From positions 1,280,001 to 1,344,000 of the forward strand of contig OZ242220.1 in the NCBI GenBank assembly GCA_965206745.1: a DNA stretch of 64,000 bases. The letters run 5' to 3'. Within the stretch, counting starts at the first letter, position 1. Every line of letters starts with the position of its first letter. The translations under genes were made by a program, and so were the position numbers. Below, piece after piece: positions 29,194 to 38,373 of this stretch. The DNA comes from Nitrosopumilus sp. (GTDB lineage Archaea > Thermoproteota > Nitrososphaeria > Nitrososphaerales > Nitrosopumilaceae). The notes under the pieces were generated by a model, which saw only the letters and a list, made by a program, of their open reading frames with translations, searched no databases and had not been told where the DNA came from.

Positions 29194-31410
29194 ATGAATG
29201 CAAAAATGACAATACCCATCGTAATTGCCATCTCGGTAATAGTTACAGCGGCAATAATATTTTCGGTAGGATTTGATAATCAGTCACAAACTAGGCAGAT
29301 TCCTCAGACTGAGAGAAACGATGCAGACAAGGCAGTTTCAGGGTTTTTTGGAGGAACAGGCAATATCAAAAAAATATCATCTCAGGAGGAACTAAAACAC
29401 ATTCTTGAAGTTTCCTCACTGTTTGGAGGAAATGACTACCAGATTTTAGAAAGTGCAGAATCTTTCAGGGAAGTTGCGGACGTTCCGTGGTTGTCCACAA
29501 CCGAATCAAGTTCGCCAGTTTTAAAAAGCGAGTCAACGGGAACCGACTATTCAACAACAAATGTACAAGTTAAAGATGTGGATGAATCAGACTATCTCAA
29601 AAATGATTCAAAGTATGTTTACATTGTATCGCAGAACACACTTTCAATTATAGATGCGTATCCTGCAGAATCTTCAAAGTTAATTCTAAAAATTGCACTA
29701 GATATTCAATCACAGTACATTCAGAACATGTTCCTAAAAGATGACAGACTAGTAATCTTTTACAACGGGGAAAGCGACGATGAGGTTATTCCACAGTATG
29801 ACTTTGTTCCAAGACGTACACACAGCCCGGTTACGCATGCGTTAATTGTGGACGTATCAGACAAGGAACGCCCCACAATACTCAAAGATTATTCCGTTGA
29901 TGGTCATTTCATGGATGCACGGATGATCGGGGATTATGCATACTTTGTAACAAACAGCTATGTGGATCATCAACACCCAAGACTTCCAGTAATAATGCAA
30001 GATTCAGTCAGAATCATGACGCCAGACGCATTTTACTTTGACAGCAGGGAGCAGTTTTCAAGCTTTAAGACGCTAACTGCAATTGACATTTTTGGGGATA
30101 AGATAAATTCCGAATCATTCCTGATGGGACATTCTGGAACATTTTACGTATCAAAAGACAACTTTTACTTGACATATCAGCAAAATATGCCATTTGAATT
30201 CCATGCGAGTTCATCAAGCAGCAGATTCTTTGATGTCATAGTGCCATTATTGCCAAACAGCATCCAAGAGCAGATCAAATCAATTCAAAAAGATTATTCA
30301 ATTGATCCTACAACACAGTGGGTAAAGATTTCAGAAGTGATGCAAGACTCTTACAACCAGATGGACAAAAACGACAAGGAAGAGCTGTTTGCAAAAATTA
30401 GAAACGCCCTAGATCAACATGATGCCAAGATGCAAAAGAACCATACAGGAACAATCATTCATAAAATTTCAATTGACGAGGACAAAATCCAATATATTGG
30501 CAAAGGCTCTGTTCCCGGCAGATTGCTCAACCAGTTCTCCATGGATGAAAACGGGGACAGATTCAGGGTTGCAACAACCACAGAATACTATATAGAGCAC
30601 AAAGGCACAGTTCGTGCAAATGCAGTCTACGTGTTAGACGAGCAGCTAAACATCGTGGGAGAGTTGGATCAAATCGCTCCAGACGAGAGTATCTTCTCAG
30701 CACGATTCATAGGCGATAGGCTGTATCTGGTAACATTCCAACAGATTGACCCCTTCTTTGTCATTGATTTGTCTTCGGACACCCCGAAAATTCTAGGGGA
30801 GCTGAAGATTCCCGGATTCTCAAACTATTTGCACCCATACGATGAGGATCACATCATAGGATTTGGAAGGGATACAAAGGAGATAGGCAATGGTAGAGTC
30901 CAGCAGCTGGGAATCAAAATCGCGCTGTTTAATGTGGCAGATGTGAGTAATCCAATAGTCGCAGATGACATCGTAATCGGAGATAATTGGACTGATTCGG
31001 AGGCATTATACAACCACAAGGCGTTCTTCTTTGATAAAAAAAGCGGAGTGCTGTCAATTCCAGTCAGCGGTGAACTCAAAAGTCTGGATGGAATTTCAAG
31101 TGCCAAAAAGATTGCGCCAGACTATAACGTCTGGAGCGGATTCTACGTGTTGGATTTGAATGATTCAGATGGGTTCAATCTCAAGGGAACCGTGACGCAT
31201 TCTGCAGAGGATTTCAGATATCATGGAATCAGCAACGCAAGGACTTTCTTCATTAACGAGGTCCTGTATACTGCCTCAGAAGGATACTTGAAGATGAATC
31301 TGTTGACCAACCTAGATGAGGTTAATTCAATAAAACTTGAAAACACTGGAAAATTTATCGGCTATATGGATAAAGATGTCATCGGCCAGGTTACACCAGA
31401 TGGACAATAG
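29194..31410 (+). CDS. Exported/membrane-anchored beta-propeller protein (Beta_propel family)
   Basis: N-terminal TM; YSTTNVQVKDVDESD, LLNQFSMDE, SARFIGD..LVTF..IDPFFVIDL, GELKIPGFSNYLHP. Confidence 0.9.
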   Translation: MNAKMTIPIVIAISVIVTAAIIFSVGFDNQSQTRQIPQTERNDADKAVSGFFGGTGNIKKISSQEELKHILEVSSLFGGNDYQILESAESFREVADVPWLSTTESSSPVLKSESTGTDYSTTNVQVKDVDESDYLKNDSKYVYIVSQNTLSIIDAYPAESSKLILKIALDIQSQYIQNMFLKDDRLVIFYNGESDDEVIPQYDFVPRRTHSPVTHALIVDVSDKERPTILKDYSVDGHFMDARMIGDYAYFVTNSYVDHQHPRLPVIMQDSVRIMTPDAFYFDSREQFSSFKTLTAIDIFGDKINSESFLMGHSGTFYVSKDNFYLTYQQNMPFEFHASSSSSRFFDVIVPLLPNSIQEQIKSIQKDYSIDPTTQWVKISEVMQDSYNQMDKNDKEELFAKIRNALDQHDAKMQKNHTGTIIHKISIDEDKIQYIGKGSVPGRLLNQFSMDENGDRFRVATTTEYYIEHKGTVRANAVYVLDEQLNIVGELDQIAPDESIFSARFIGDRLYLVTFQQIDPFFVIDLSSDTPKILGELKIPGFSNYLHPYDEDHIIGFGRDTKEIGNGRVQQLGIKIALFNVADVSNPIVADDIVIGDNWTDSEALYNHKAFFFDKKSGVLSIPVSGELKSLDGISSAKKIAPDYNVWSGFYVLDLNDSDGFNLKGTVTHSAEDFRYHGISNARTFFINEVLYTASEGYLKMNLLTNLDEVNSIKLENTGKFIGYMDKDVIGQVTPDGQ

Positions 31411-32035
31411 TTGAGACGCCGCGTCTATCAAATTCAACGTCATCTTTAATTTCACTCAGAGTCACAGTAAATGAGATTACATCTCGAGATTTTGCATTCT
31501 CTGCACAGAGTTTAAGATTAATATCCAAATTTTCAAATTCCTGCACAGGTAAATCATTCTCATCAAAATATGCATCACATGTTGATTCAATCCTAAATCT
31601 ATCGTCCTTAAAGTGAAATCCAAGCTTCATCTTTCTGCCTTCCCTTCCAATACCCTTTACAGTGACATCAATTACTCCAGGACTTGTTTGGGTGTAGCCA
31701 GATTTGTGGTTAACAAAGACTCCAATTTCAAGGGGTTTTCCTGCAGTTGCCTCAGCCATTTTTTGTATTCCGTCATTCATTACAACATCCACTGCCTTGA
31801 TGGATTGTGCAACTTTTGCTATCCAATCATTGGTTCGTGTAATGGTGGCACGTATTTCTGAACGCCTTCGCTTATCCTCATCTTCAGGCAGTTTGTAATA
31901 GTCAACCCATGCCTCATAATCATGGGAGATATCCTCGATAAAATCAATGCAGGTCCGCTTATAGTCATCCACATTGTCGGTTCTAAGTGAGGCGTCATCT
32001 GTTCTCATTCCATCATAATCCATAGGCATTGCCAT
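31391..32035 (-). CDS. Hypothetical protein
   Basis: Helical N-terminal half and beta-rich C-terminal half; start probably MAMPMDY. Confidence 0.75.
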   Translation of the reverse strand: MAMPMDYDGMRTDDASLRTDNVDDYKRTCIDFIEDISHDYEAWVDYYKLPEDEDKRRRSEIRATITRTNDWIAKVAQSIKAVDVVMNDGIQKMAEATAGKPLEIGVFVNHKSGYTQTSPGVIDVTVKGIGREGRKMKLGFHFKDDRFRIESTCDAYFDENDLPVQEFENLDINLKLCAENAKSRDVISFTVTLSEIKDDVEFDRRGVSTIVHLV

Positions 32036-32114
32036 ACTCTGAACCAACCCAAGTTCTAAAAAAACCAATCTGGACAGATTAATGGTTATAATAGGAATTT
32101 CTCAGATAGAAGTC

Positions 32115-32603
32115 ATGATATTTTCAGAATTAGTCGCAGACTTGCAATCTGAGCTGAAAAAGGACTTGGCACAGATCAGGTTTCTTTTAAAAAAAAATCC
32201 GGCAATGGCATATACACGAATTGTGGAGATTGGAAAAACAGTTGGGCAGAGGTACAATATCAAATTAATCGTAAACTTTCCAAAGCAAGGCAGAATTGAT
32301 GAATTTGAAAAGTATGGGAAGAGAGATCTGAGCATAATCATAGATTATGAGAAGAAGAAATTTCCAATAGGCAGGGAGATCATCAAACAGAAGGCAGTAG
32401 AAATGCTAGGAGACATCAAAACAGAAGATGCCTACATGTCTGAAGACAAGGAAGGGATAAGGGTGTTTGCCGATGACTGGAAGATAGACATCCTGCCCCA
32501 TTCAGTGCACGTTTGGACCTATTTTGATGACAATGTCACAGCATTTTGCGATTGGTTAATGGAGAATGCCTATGAGGTCAAAAGACAGGGTCTTCCAAGT
32601 TAA
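32115..32603 (+). CDS. Hypothetical protein
   Basis: 162-aa ORF, start MIFSEL. Confidence 0.75.
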   Translation: MIFSELVADLQSELKKDLAQIRFLLKKNPAMAYTRIVEIGKTVGQRYNIKLIVNFPKQGRIDEFEKYGKRDLSIIIDYEKKKFPIGREIIKQKAVEMLGDIKTEDAYMSEDKEGIRVFADDWKIDILPHSVHVWTYFDDNVTAFCDWLMENAYEVKRQGLPS

Positions 32604-32959
32604 ACATTCTCAAGTTTCTCAACTAGTTGCTGAGCTTCGATATTTTTTGGTTCAAGTTTTGCTATGTATTTACAGCAAGCAAGGGCCTCATCCTTTTGCC
32701 CCAAAGCTAGATGCACGTTGGTCTTGAGAATCAGGGTTTCCACATCTTCATTATCTAGCTCAAATGCTTTTTCAAAATACGACAGTGCCTTTGGCGCATC
32801 ATCGACGATAAAAAATGCGCTGCCCATGATAAACATGAAATCATGATCATCAGAGTACTCTGATTCTAAATTTTTTCCAAATGCGATGGCCTCGTCATAC
32901 TCGCCATCTTTGAGCAGTTTTTTGATACGCCGTTTAGGATGCTTGAAAATGCCAGCCAT
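32600..32959 (-). CDS. TPR-repeat protein
   Basis: ALSYFEKAFELD, LALGQKDEAL..LEPKN. Confidence 0.88.
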   Translation of the reverse strand: MAGIFKHPKRRIKKLLKDGEYDEAIAFGKNLESEYSDDHDFMFIMGSAFFIVDDAPKALSYFEKAFELDNEDVETLILKTNVHLALGQKDEALACCKYIAKLEPKNIEAQQLVEKLENV

Positions 32960-33014
32960 CTCTTAATCAACCATTTCATCAATTTACAACAATTTGAATG
33001 TAGAACCTAGGAGT

Positions 33015-34508
33015 CTATTCGTACCATGCTGGGGGTTCAGAATTACTTGAACTTGAGCCAGATGTAGGAACTCTCAAGATTCCCTCTTCGATCAGGAACT
33101 GGATTGCACTGATAAACTCACTGTCTGAGGAACTTCCATCCACCCAGAATCCCACACTAGTCTTGACCCATGGAGGAATCTGCCCCGAGTTGCTAGAGCC
33201 TGAAGAGGTTGGGGGAATTTGTATTATTTCCTCCTTGATCAGGAACTGGATTGCACTGATAAACTCACTGTCTGAGGAACTTCCATCCACCCAGAACCCT
33301 GAAGAGGTTTTGATCCATTCGGGGATTTCTTTGACAGGAATTGTTCCATCCTCGGCAGATATCGGGATAGAGATCTGCAGATAGTCTGCAACAGTTGACG
33401 GAACAATACCCTCAGGGGACAGCCCGTAAATCCAGATCACATATTTTGCAATTCCGGGCTCTTCTTCAACGATAAAATCAAGAAGCGCTTGTCCAGATGG
33501 AGAATAAAGGAAATTTTTGCCATTCTCTTGTGCAAGTGATCTTGATTGTTTCAGATTGTCATCGACAACCAAGAAATCATACTGGACCTGATTCAAAAAT
33601 TCTGTGTCATCAAATTTGCTGATAAATTTGATTAAAAATTCCATCTCACATCCCTGTACAGGATACTCTGGCCCATAGAATATGTGAAGTTGATAGTCAA
33701 AGTTTTTTGTAGGTTTCTTTATGATGACCTCTTTTTCTATATCGGTCTGACATCCGGCTGCTGCAGACTCGTCCAGAGTGGAGACGATTCCATCAAAGGG
33801 GCTCTCCAAAACATTTTCCCGGTATTCTAATAATGTAAATTCATATTCAACGGGAGGAATTCCTTCTGAGACATGGGTGTATGTTTTGGCTTTTATTGGA
33901 AATGGAAAATCATCAGCGATCCAGACTTTGCTTGTGACGCCTCCAGTTTTCCATCCTACTTGAACAGTCTCCCAAGTTCCTGCAGGCACTGTAACAGTTT
34001 CAATGGCCATTGGGACAACTTGTTCGCCACCAATGTTTCCAATCTTGCCCCAAGATGTTGCGGCAAACTCTTTTGGTCCCTTTCCACCAGAGCTATCATC
34101 AGACGTTGCAAATGCAGACAGCCAAACTATAGATGACTTGAATGCGCCACGATAGACACCCAATTCAGGAGTGCCACCTGTTGGCTCGGGGGCAATTTTT
34201 CCAAGCTCCATTTCACCTACAATTACTTTACGTCCATCATACACGACAACTTCAGCCAGCCATTTGGTTTCACTTCCAACTTGTTTATCACCTTTAATCC
34301 ACATATCCAGACCAAATTCAACACACTCGTAGTAATCCACATGACACATGGAGTAAGAAAAGAAATCCCCTTGCTTGAGGCCCTCGCCGGCATACCAAGC
34401 ACCTTCTTTATCCACCCCGCCGGATTGGAACTGCCCAAATGCAGATGGAGCAGACAACGATCCAAAGAGTAATGCAATAGATGAAATTAGCAATAGTGAT
34501 GTTTTCAA
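33015..34508 (-). CDS. Secreted/surface protein with two C-terminal thaumarchaeal IPxW(I/V)K repeats
   Basis: Signal peptide; IPEWIKTSSGFWVDG..EFISAIQFLI twice. Confidence 0.85.
   Translation of the reverse strand: MKTSLLLISSIALLFGSLSAPSAFGQFQSGGVDKEGAWYAGEGLKQGDFFSYSMCHVDYYECVEFGLDMWIKGDKQVGSETKWLAEVVVYDGRKVIVGEMELGKIAPEPTGGTPELGVYRGAFKSSIVWLSAFATSDDSSGGKGPKEFAATSWGKIGNIGGEQVVPMAIETVTVPAGTWETVQVGWKTGGVTSKVWIADDFPFPIKAKTYTHVSEGIPPVEYEFTLLEYRENVLESPFDGIVSTLDESAAAGCQTDIEKEVIIKKPTKNFDYQLHIFYGPEYPVQGCEMEFLIKFISKFDDTEFLNQVQYDFLVVDDNLKQSRSLAQENGKNFLYSPSGQALLDFIVEEEPGIAKYVIWIYGLSPEGIVPSTVADYLQISIPISAEDGTIPVKEIPEWIKTSSGFWVDGSSSDSEFISAIQFLIKEEIIQIPPTSSGSSNSGQIPPWVKTSVGFWVDGSSSDSEFISAIQFLIEEGILRVPTSGSSSSNSEPPAWYE
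33090..33296. repeat. 60-bp perfect direct repeat (33090-33149 and 33237-33296)
   Basis: GATCAGGAACTGGATTGCACTGATAAACTCACTGTCTGAGGAACTTCCATCCACCCAGAA twice. Confidence 0.95.
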
Positions 34509-34630
34509 ATCTATAAAAAATTGTCAAAACTGATAGTTAAACGTTTTTTAATTATCCAAAAATGAGAAATTGACGGTAAAATCATATTCAAATAGGCAAA
34601 TATAGAGGAAAAAGTGGAGAAATTCCAGAA

Positions 34631-34798
34631 ATGTGCGAATGTTCCAAAGTCCATTTGTTTGAGGTGGAATTCAAGCTAGATGGCATGGCCGTAGTTCCAA
34701 CTCACAAGAACTGTGGATTTGCACTAGATGAAAAGCAGGCTGACAAGTTCCAAAAAGAGCTAGTAAAATCATGGGGTTTTGAGGACGAAGACGAATAG
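34631..34798 (+). CDS. 55-aa Cys/His small protein (not in ORF track)
   Basis: MCECSKVHLFEVEFKLDGMAVVPTHKNCGFALDEKQADKFQKELVKSWGFEDEDE. Confidence 0.8.
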   Translation: MCECSKVHLFEVEFKLDGMAVVPTHKNCGFALDEKQADKFQKELVKSWGFEDEDE

Positions 34799-34834
34799 TT
34801 AAAAAATAAAAAATTAGTATTGGAACTAGTCCAA

Positions 34835-34978
34835 TTACATATCTTTTGTTGCTTCTTTACAAACGTCGGTACTACATTTGCAATCAGAACTGCATATGCA
34901 GTGACTTTGCATTGCACAATCACACGAATAATCTGGATCGCCGCTGTCAGCTTCGCATCCACATGCTTGATCTACCAT
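34835..34978 (-). CDS. 47-aa metallothionein-like protein (not in ORF track)
   Basis: MVDQACGCEADSGDPDYSCDCAMQSHCICSSDCKCSTDVCKEATKDM; 9 Cys, four CxC; TTTTAAAA TATA upstream, T-tract downstream. Confidence 0.75.
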   Translation of the reverse strand: MVDQACGCEADSGDPDYSCDCAMQSHCICSSDCKCSTDVCKEATKDM

Positions 34979-35032
34979 ACTAAACTAGAGATATTACTTA
35001 TTTTAAAAGGTTAGTACGCCCAAAATGAAATG

Positions 35033-35917
35033 CTACGCACTTGAGAGAATTCCAAGGATTTCATCACAGGATCCTCGCACAAGATCTGACTGTTGTAGGA
35101 GAAGATTCGAGTCAGCCTCAACATCAAAAGCGACCTTTAGAATGTGGAAGAGATCCTGCTCACGAGGCAGAGTGTCCTTAATTTTCATAAAATTTCTGAC
35201 ATTCAGATATCCCAAATAAAAATAACAGTCAGAAAGCATCGAGTTTTTTATAAAGAAATCATATTTTTGCCGAATAATTTGAGAGTGATCATTCCCTTCG
35301 ATCAGATCTGAGAAACCGATTGTGGATTTCATCATTCGTTCAAGCAGTGTCGGCGTAGCACGTTCAATCCCAACAGTCCGGGTTACAGTAGAGAGATGTT
35401 TGTTGGTTGGGCTTTTCTTCAGTTTGCGTAGCGAGTCAAGCATGTGAGAGGGACTGATGCGCAGATGGTTAGTTGACAAAATAGATTTGGCCAAATAGTA
35501 GGCGGCGCATTTTTGCCAGCAGGAGGCAAACACATCAGAGGTTTGAACAGATTCAATAGTTTTTTGACAGCAAAATTGGGATTCTATCAGGCAGTTCTTG
35601 GCAAAATCAGAAAATAGCAAAGCATGCTTTTCTTTAATCCTAGATAGCATCATTCGCAGATCCCAAGATTCGTCTTGAAGGATTTCCAATTGCTTGTACT
35701 GCAAGAGTTTTTCAGAGTTGGTTTCTGAGAGGGAAGCATGATGGATGATTGCAAAGTTTTCGTCATATCGGATGATTTTTCCCGGTTCTGATCTTCCATC
35801 AAAAACGAAGATATCATGATCACATGAATCATGGTACATATCAGAGGTCCTGCAACCTCCCAGCCCAATTGGAAAATTAGACAGCGAATTTTCTTCAATG
35901 AATTTTTTCATATCCAT
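35033..35917 (-). CDS. Hypothetical protein, Pol-beta nucleotidyltransferase-like N-terminus plus helical domain
   Basis: IGLGGCR...SCDHDIFVF resembles hG[GS]-x9-13-DhD. Confidence 0.65.
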   Translation of the reverse strand: MDMKKFIEENSLSNFPIGLGGCRTSDMYHDSCDHDIFVFDGRSEPGKIIRYDENFAIIHHASLSETNSEKLLQYKQLEILQDESWDLRMMLSRIKEKHALLFSDFAKNCLIESQFCCQKTIESVQTSDVFASCWQKCAAYYLAKSILSTNHLRISPSHMLDSLRKLKKSPTNKHLSTVTRTVGIERATPTLLERMMKSTIGFSDLIEGNDHSQIIRQKYDFFIKNSMLSDCYFYLGYLNVRNFMKIKDTLPREQDLFHILKVAFDVEADSNLLLQQSDLVRGSCDEILGILSSA

Positions 35918-36029
35918 ACAGTTTGTTGGGGGTGATTTTTCTATAAAGGAATTAACTGACAAAGTTTTACAAATTCATGCAAAGTCAAAACATTCCCTTT
36001 AAATTAAGATTTAATTTGTTTCCTATCAA

Positions 36030-36104
36030 GCTCCTATAGTGTAGTCCGGTTAAGCATTTTGGCTTCTCAAGCCAAAGACTCGGGTTCAAATCCCGATGGG
36101 AGCA
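36030..36104 (+). tRNA. tRNA-Glu(CTC)
   Basis: GCTCCTA/TGGGAGC acceptor; TTGGC-TTCTCAA-GCCAA; GTTCAAATC. Confidence 0.96.
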
Positions 36105-36155
36105 TTCTAATTTCAAGGTTGTTTATTTAAATAACAAAATAGCCACCAAGAACCA

Positions 36156-36812
36156 TTGGGACTAAGGGAAATTGAATTAAAAGAGGAATATCGCTCAGAC
36201 AGGGACGACATCGTGGCAGAATTTTTTCTTCCATGTCTAAGCAATTGTATCGAATATGACAGATGCGTGGATTTTTTGTCCGTTCAGACACTATCCACGT
36301 TCTCAATGGCATTTGATAATTTCGCATCAGGAAAGGCAAAATTAAGGATGATTACAGGACACAGGTTTAGAACAGGAGATCTCACGTTGTTTACAAAGCT
36401 CTTCTCTGAGAAATTTAAAAAGTCCTTTGAGGGAAAACTAATCAAAGATATCAAAATTGAAAAACTTCACAACATCGTAAATCAAGGACAGGTGGAGTTG
36501 AAAATTGCAATCCCCAATTCAGAGAGAATTGTAGATACGTTCTCAGAAAGAATCGGGATTTTTAGGGATGGCGAGGGCCAGATAGTGGCCTTTACAGGAA
36601 CATCCAAAGAGTCATTTTCGTCCCAAACGAGGGACTTTGAATCAGTCGACGTGTTCACATCATGGAATGACAAATCCAGGGTCGAAAGAAAAGTAAAAGA
36701 CTTTGAGGAGTTGTGGGAAAACAAAACAAAGCACATCGATGTTTATGATTTCGTATATGCAGAAGCGCACAGCCTCTTAAAATATTCATCAGAATGGATT
36801 ATGAGAGATTGA
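36156..36812 (+). CDS. Stand-alone PLD-like domain (N-terminal domain of SF2 helicase/restriction proteins), degenerate HKD
   Basis: EYRSDRDDIVAEFFLPCL, FSERIGIFRD, AFTGT, ESVDVFTSW..FEELWEN. Confidence 0.7.
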   Translation: MGLREIELKEEYRSDRDDIVAEFFLPCLSNCIEYDRCVDFLSVQTLSTFSMAFDNFASGKAKLRMITGHRFRTGDLTLFTKLFSEKFKKSFEGKLIKDIKIEKLHNIVNQGQVELKIAIPNSERIVDTFSERIGIFRDGEGQIVAFTGTSKESFSSQTRDFESVDVFTSWNDKSRVERKVKDFEELWENKTKHIDVYDFVYAEAHSLLKYSSEWIMRD

Positions 36813-37362
36813 GAGGTTCTAGTTTGGATCTATTTTCATAGAAATTCATTTTGTTGATTTTGTAGTAAATCACTTCGCCGCGGCGCTCTATGACTGCGAT
36901 GATGGGTTCTTTTCCCATTTGGGTAATTTCTTCAATCTTTTTTTGCAGATTCCCCATCCTTTCTTGCTGTCCCTCATTGAGACCAAAGATCAGGAACTTT
37001 GCGCCTTTTTCACCGAAATGCCCTCGCTCATAGACTCTAAAATCAGAACCGAAACCAAATCCATCTTTTACAACATAGCCCCTGTTCCGAAGATCACGGT
37101 AAATCAGGAATTTGGTGAGAATTTCAGAATCAGTTTTTTGGCAAATACCCATAAAAGTATCAAAGTCAATCTGCTTCTTGCCTTTGTTTAGAATCAGTCT
37201 TTTTGCGTACAACAGAAAAAGAGTTTCAAATGATTTGAGAAATAATTTCTCTTTCTCAACCTCTCCAAACCCCTTCAAACCCAACTCGTGAATCATGTCC
37301 GTATCAGAGACGCATGCTTGATCTAAAATCAACTCTCCATTAACTAACGGGGTCTCATCCAT
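36799..37362 (-). CDS. endA: tRNA-intron endonuclease subunit
   Basis: IYRDLRNRGYVVKDGFGFGSDFRVY. Confidence 0.9.
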   Translation of the reverse strand: MDETPLVNGELILDQACVSDTDMIHELGLKGFGEVEKEKLFLKSFETLFLLYAKRLILNKGKKQIDFDTFMGICQKTDSEILTKFLIYRDLRNRGYVVKDGFGFGSDFRVYERGHFGEKGAKFLIFGLNEGQQERMGNLQKKIEEITQMGKEPIIAVIERRGEVIYYKINKMNFYENRSKLEPLNLS

Positions 37363-37461
37363 CATGATGTGAAAATCAAAAGATTTCCATATAAGCATTA
37401 GACAGTACAGATGACATCCTGCTAACCGTTAAAATATGGGCATTTTGGCTTGGTGTATATC

Positions 37462-37971
37462 ATGCACGGTGCCAATTATCGAGATGGAAAGGGCCAAGTC
37501 TTTACAAGAAAAGAGTACATCAAAGGTAAACCGCAGATCAAAATTGCAAAATTCCAAGGCGGTAAAAGAGGAACCTACCAGTATTGCGTTCAGTTGTTGC
37601 TAAATGAGAAAATTCAGATCAGGCACATGGCCATCGAGTCTACAAGGCTGGCAGCAAACAAGACACTGGAAAAAACCACAGGCGAGACAGGATATTACTC
37701 AAGGCTGAGAATTTACCCACACAACCTTCTCAGGGAGAACAAACAGATTGCCACTGCAGGTGCAGACAGGGTTTCAGAAGGAATGAGAAGGTCATGGGGA
37801 AAGGCAGTAAGTTTAGGCGCCAGAGTAAAGCAGGGACAGTGCATCATGGAACTATATGTTAATGGGGATCTCCATCTAGCAGCCGCCAGAAAAGCGCTCC
37901 ACGGATCGTGTGTGAAATTGCCAGGAACACCACGTATCAAAGTGATCGAATGGAACAAATCATCACCATAA
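37462..37971 (+). CDS. rpl10e: 50S ribosomal protein uL16 (L10e)
   Basis: RIYPHNLLRENK, GADRVSEGMRRSWGK. Confidence 0.96.
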   Translation: MHGANYRDGKGQVFTRKEYIKGKPQIKIAKFQGGKRGTYQYCVQLLLNEKIQIRHMAIESTRLAANKTLEKTTGETGYYSRLRIYPHNLLRENKQIATAGADRVSEGMRRSWGKAVSLGARVKQGQCIMELYVNGDLHLAAARKALHGSCVKLPGTPRIKVIEWNKSSP

Positions 37972-38226
37972 TTTATCAAAATCAGATCTTTTATTTTTAA
38001 TAAATTCCAAAAACTCTGCAAACTCTTGTTTGGTTGGCTCTCTATTTAGAATTCTCTTAGACTGGTAGTAAAACGCATTGTAAATTCTCCCCACAACGAT
38101 GCCCAGCGCAAAGGACTTTGAGTCGTCAATCTCAGAGAGTGATCGAATCAGTTGTTTGATCTCATCTTTATTTGATAGCGAATCTTGAATTTTTTGCTCA
38201 ATCCTCTTTAGAATGGTTTCATCCAT
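37963..38226 (-). CDS. Hypothetical protein
   Basis: 87-aa helical ORF. Confidence 0.75.
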   Translation of the reverse strand: MDETILKRIEQKIQDSLSNKDEIKQLIRSLSEIDDSKSFALGIVVGRIYNAFYYQSKRILNREPTKQEFAEFLEFIKNKRSDFDKLW

Positions 38227-38289
38227 GGTACATCTTGATTGGAATAGTTAAAAACAGTTTAATATCCAAATCCAACCTTGAGGGTTGTT

Positions 38290-38366
38290 GCAGTTATAGT
38301 ACAGTCTGGTTAGTACTCGTGCTTGCCAAGTACGTGACCCGGGTTCAAATCCCGGTAACTGCACCA
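38290..38366 (+). tRNA. tRNA-Gly(GCC), CCA apparently encoded
   Basis: GCAGTTA/TAACTGC acceptor; CGTGC-TTGCCAA-GTACG; GTTCAAATC. Confidence 0.96.
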
Positions 38367-38373
38367 CTTTACG

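Noticed and set aside
34702-35014. Track ORFs 34702-34962 (-) and 34820-35014 (+)
   Set aside because: Alternative frames of the two micro-genes, which are better supported by composition and promoter/terminator signals
36030-38366. Integrated element between tRNA-Glu and tRNA-Gly
   Set aside because: Contains core genes (endA, rpl10e); no integrase or att duplication seen
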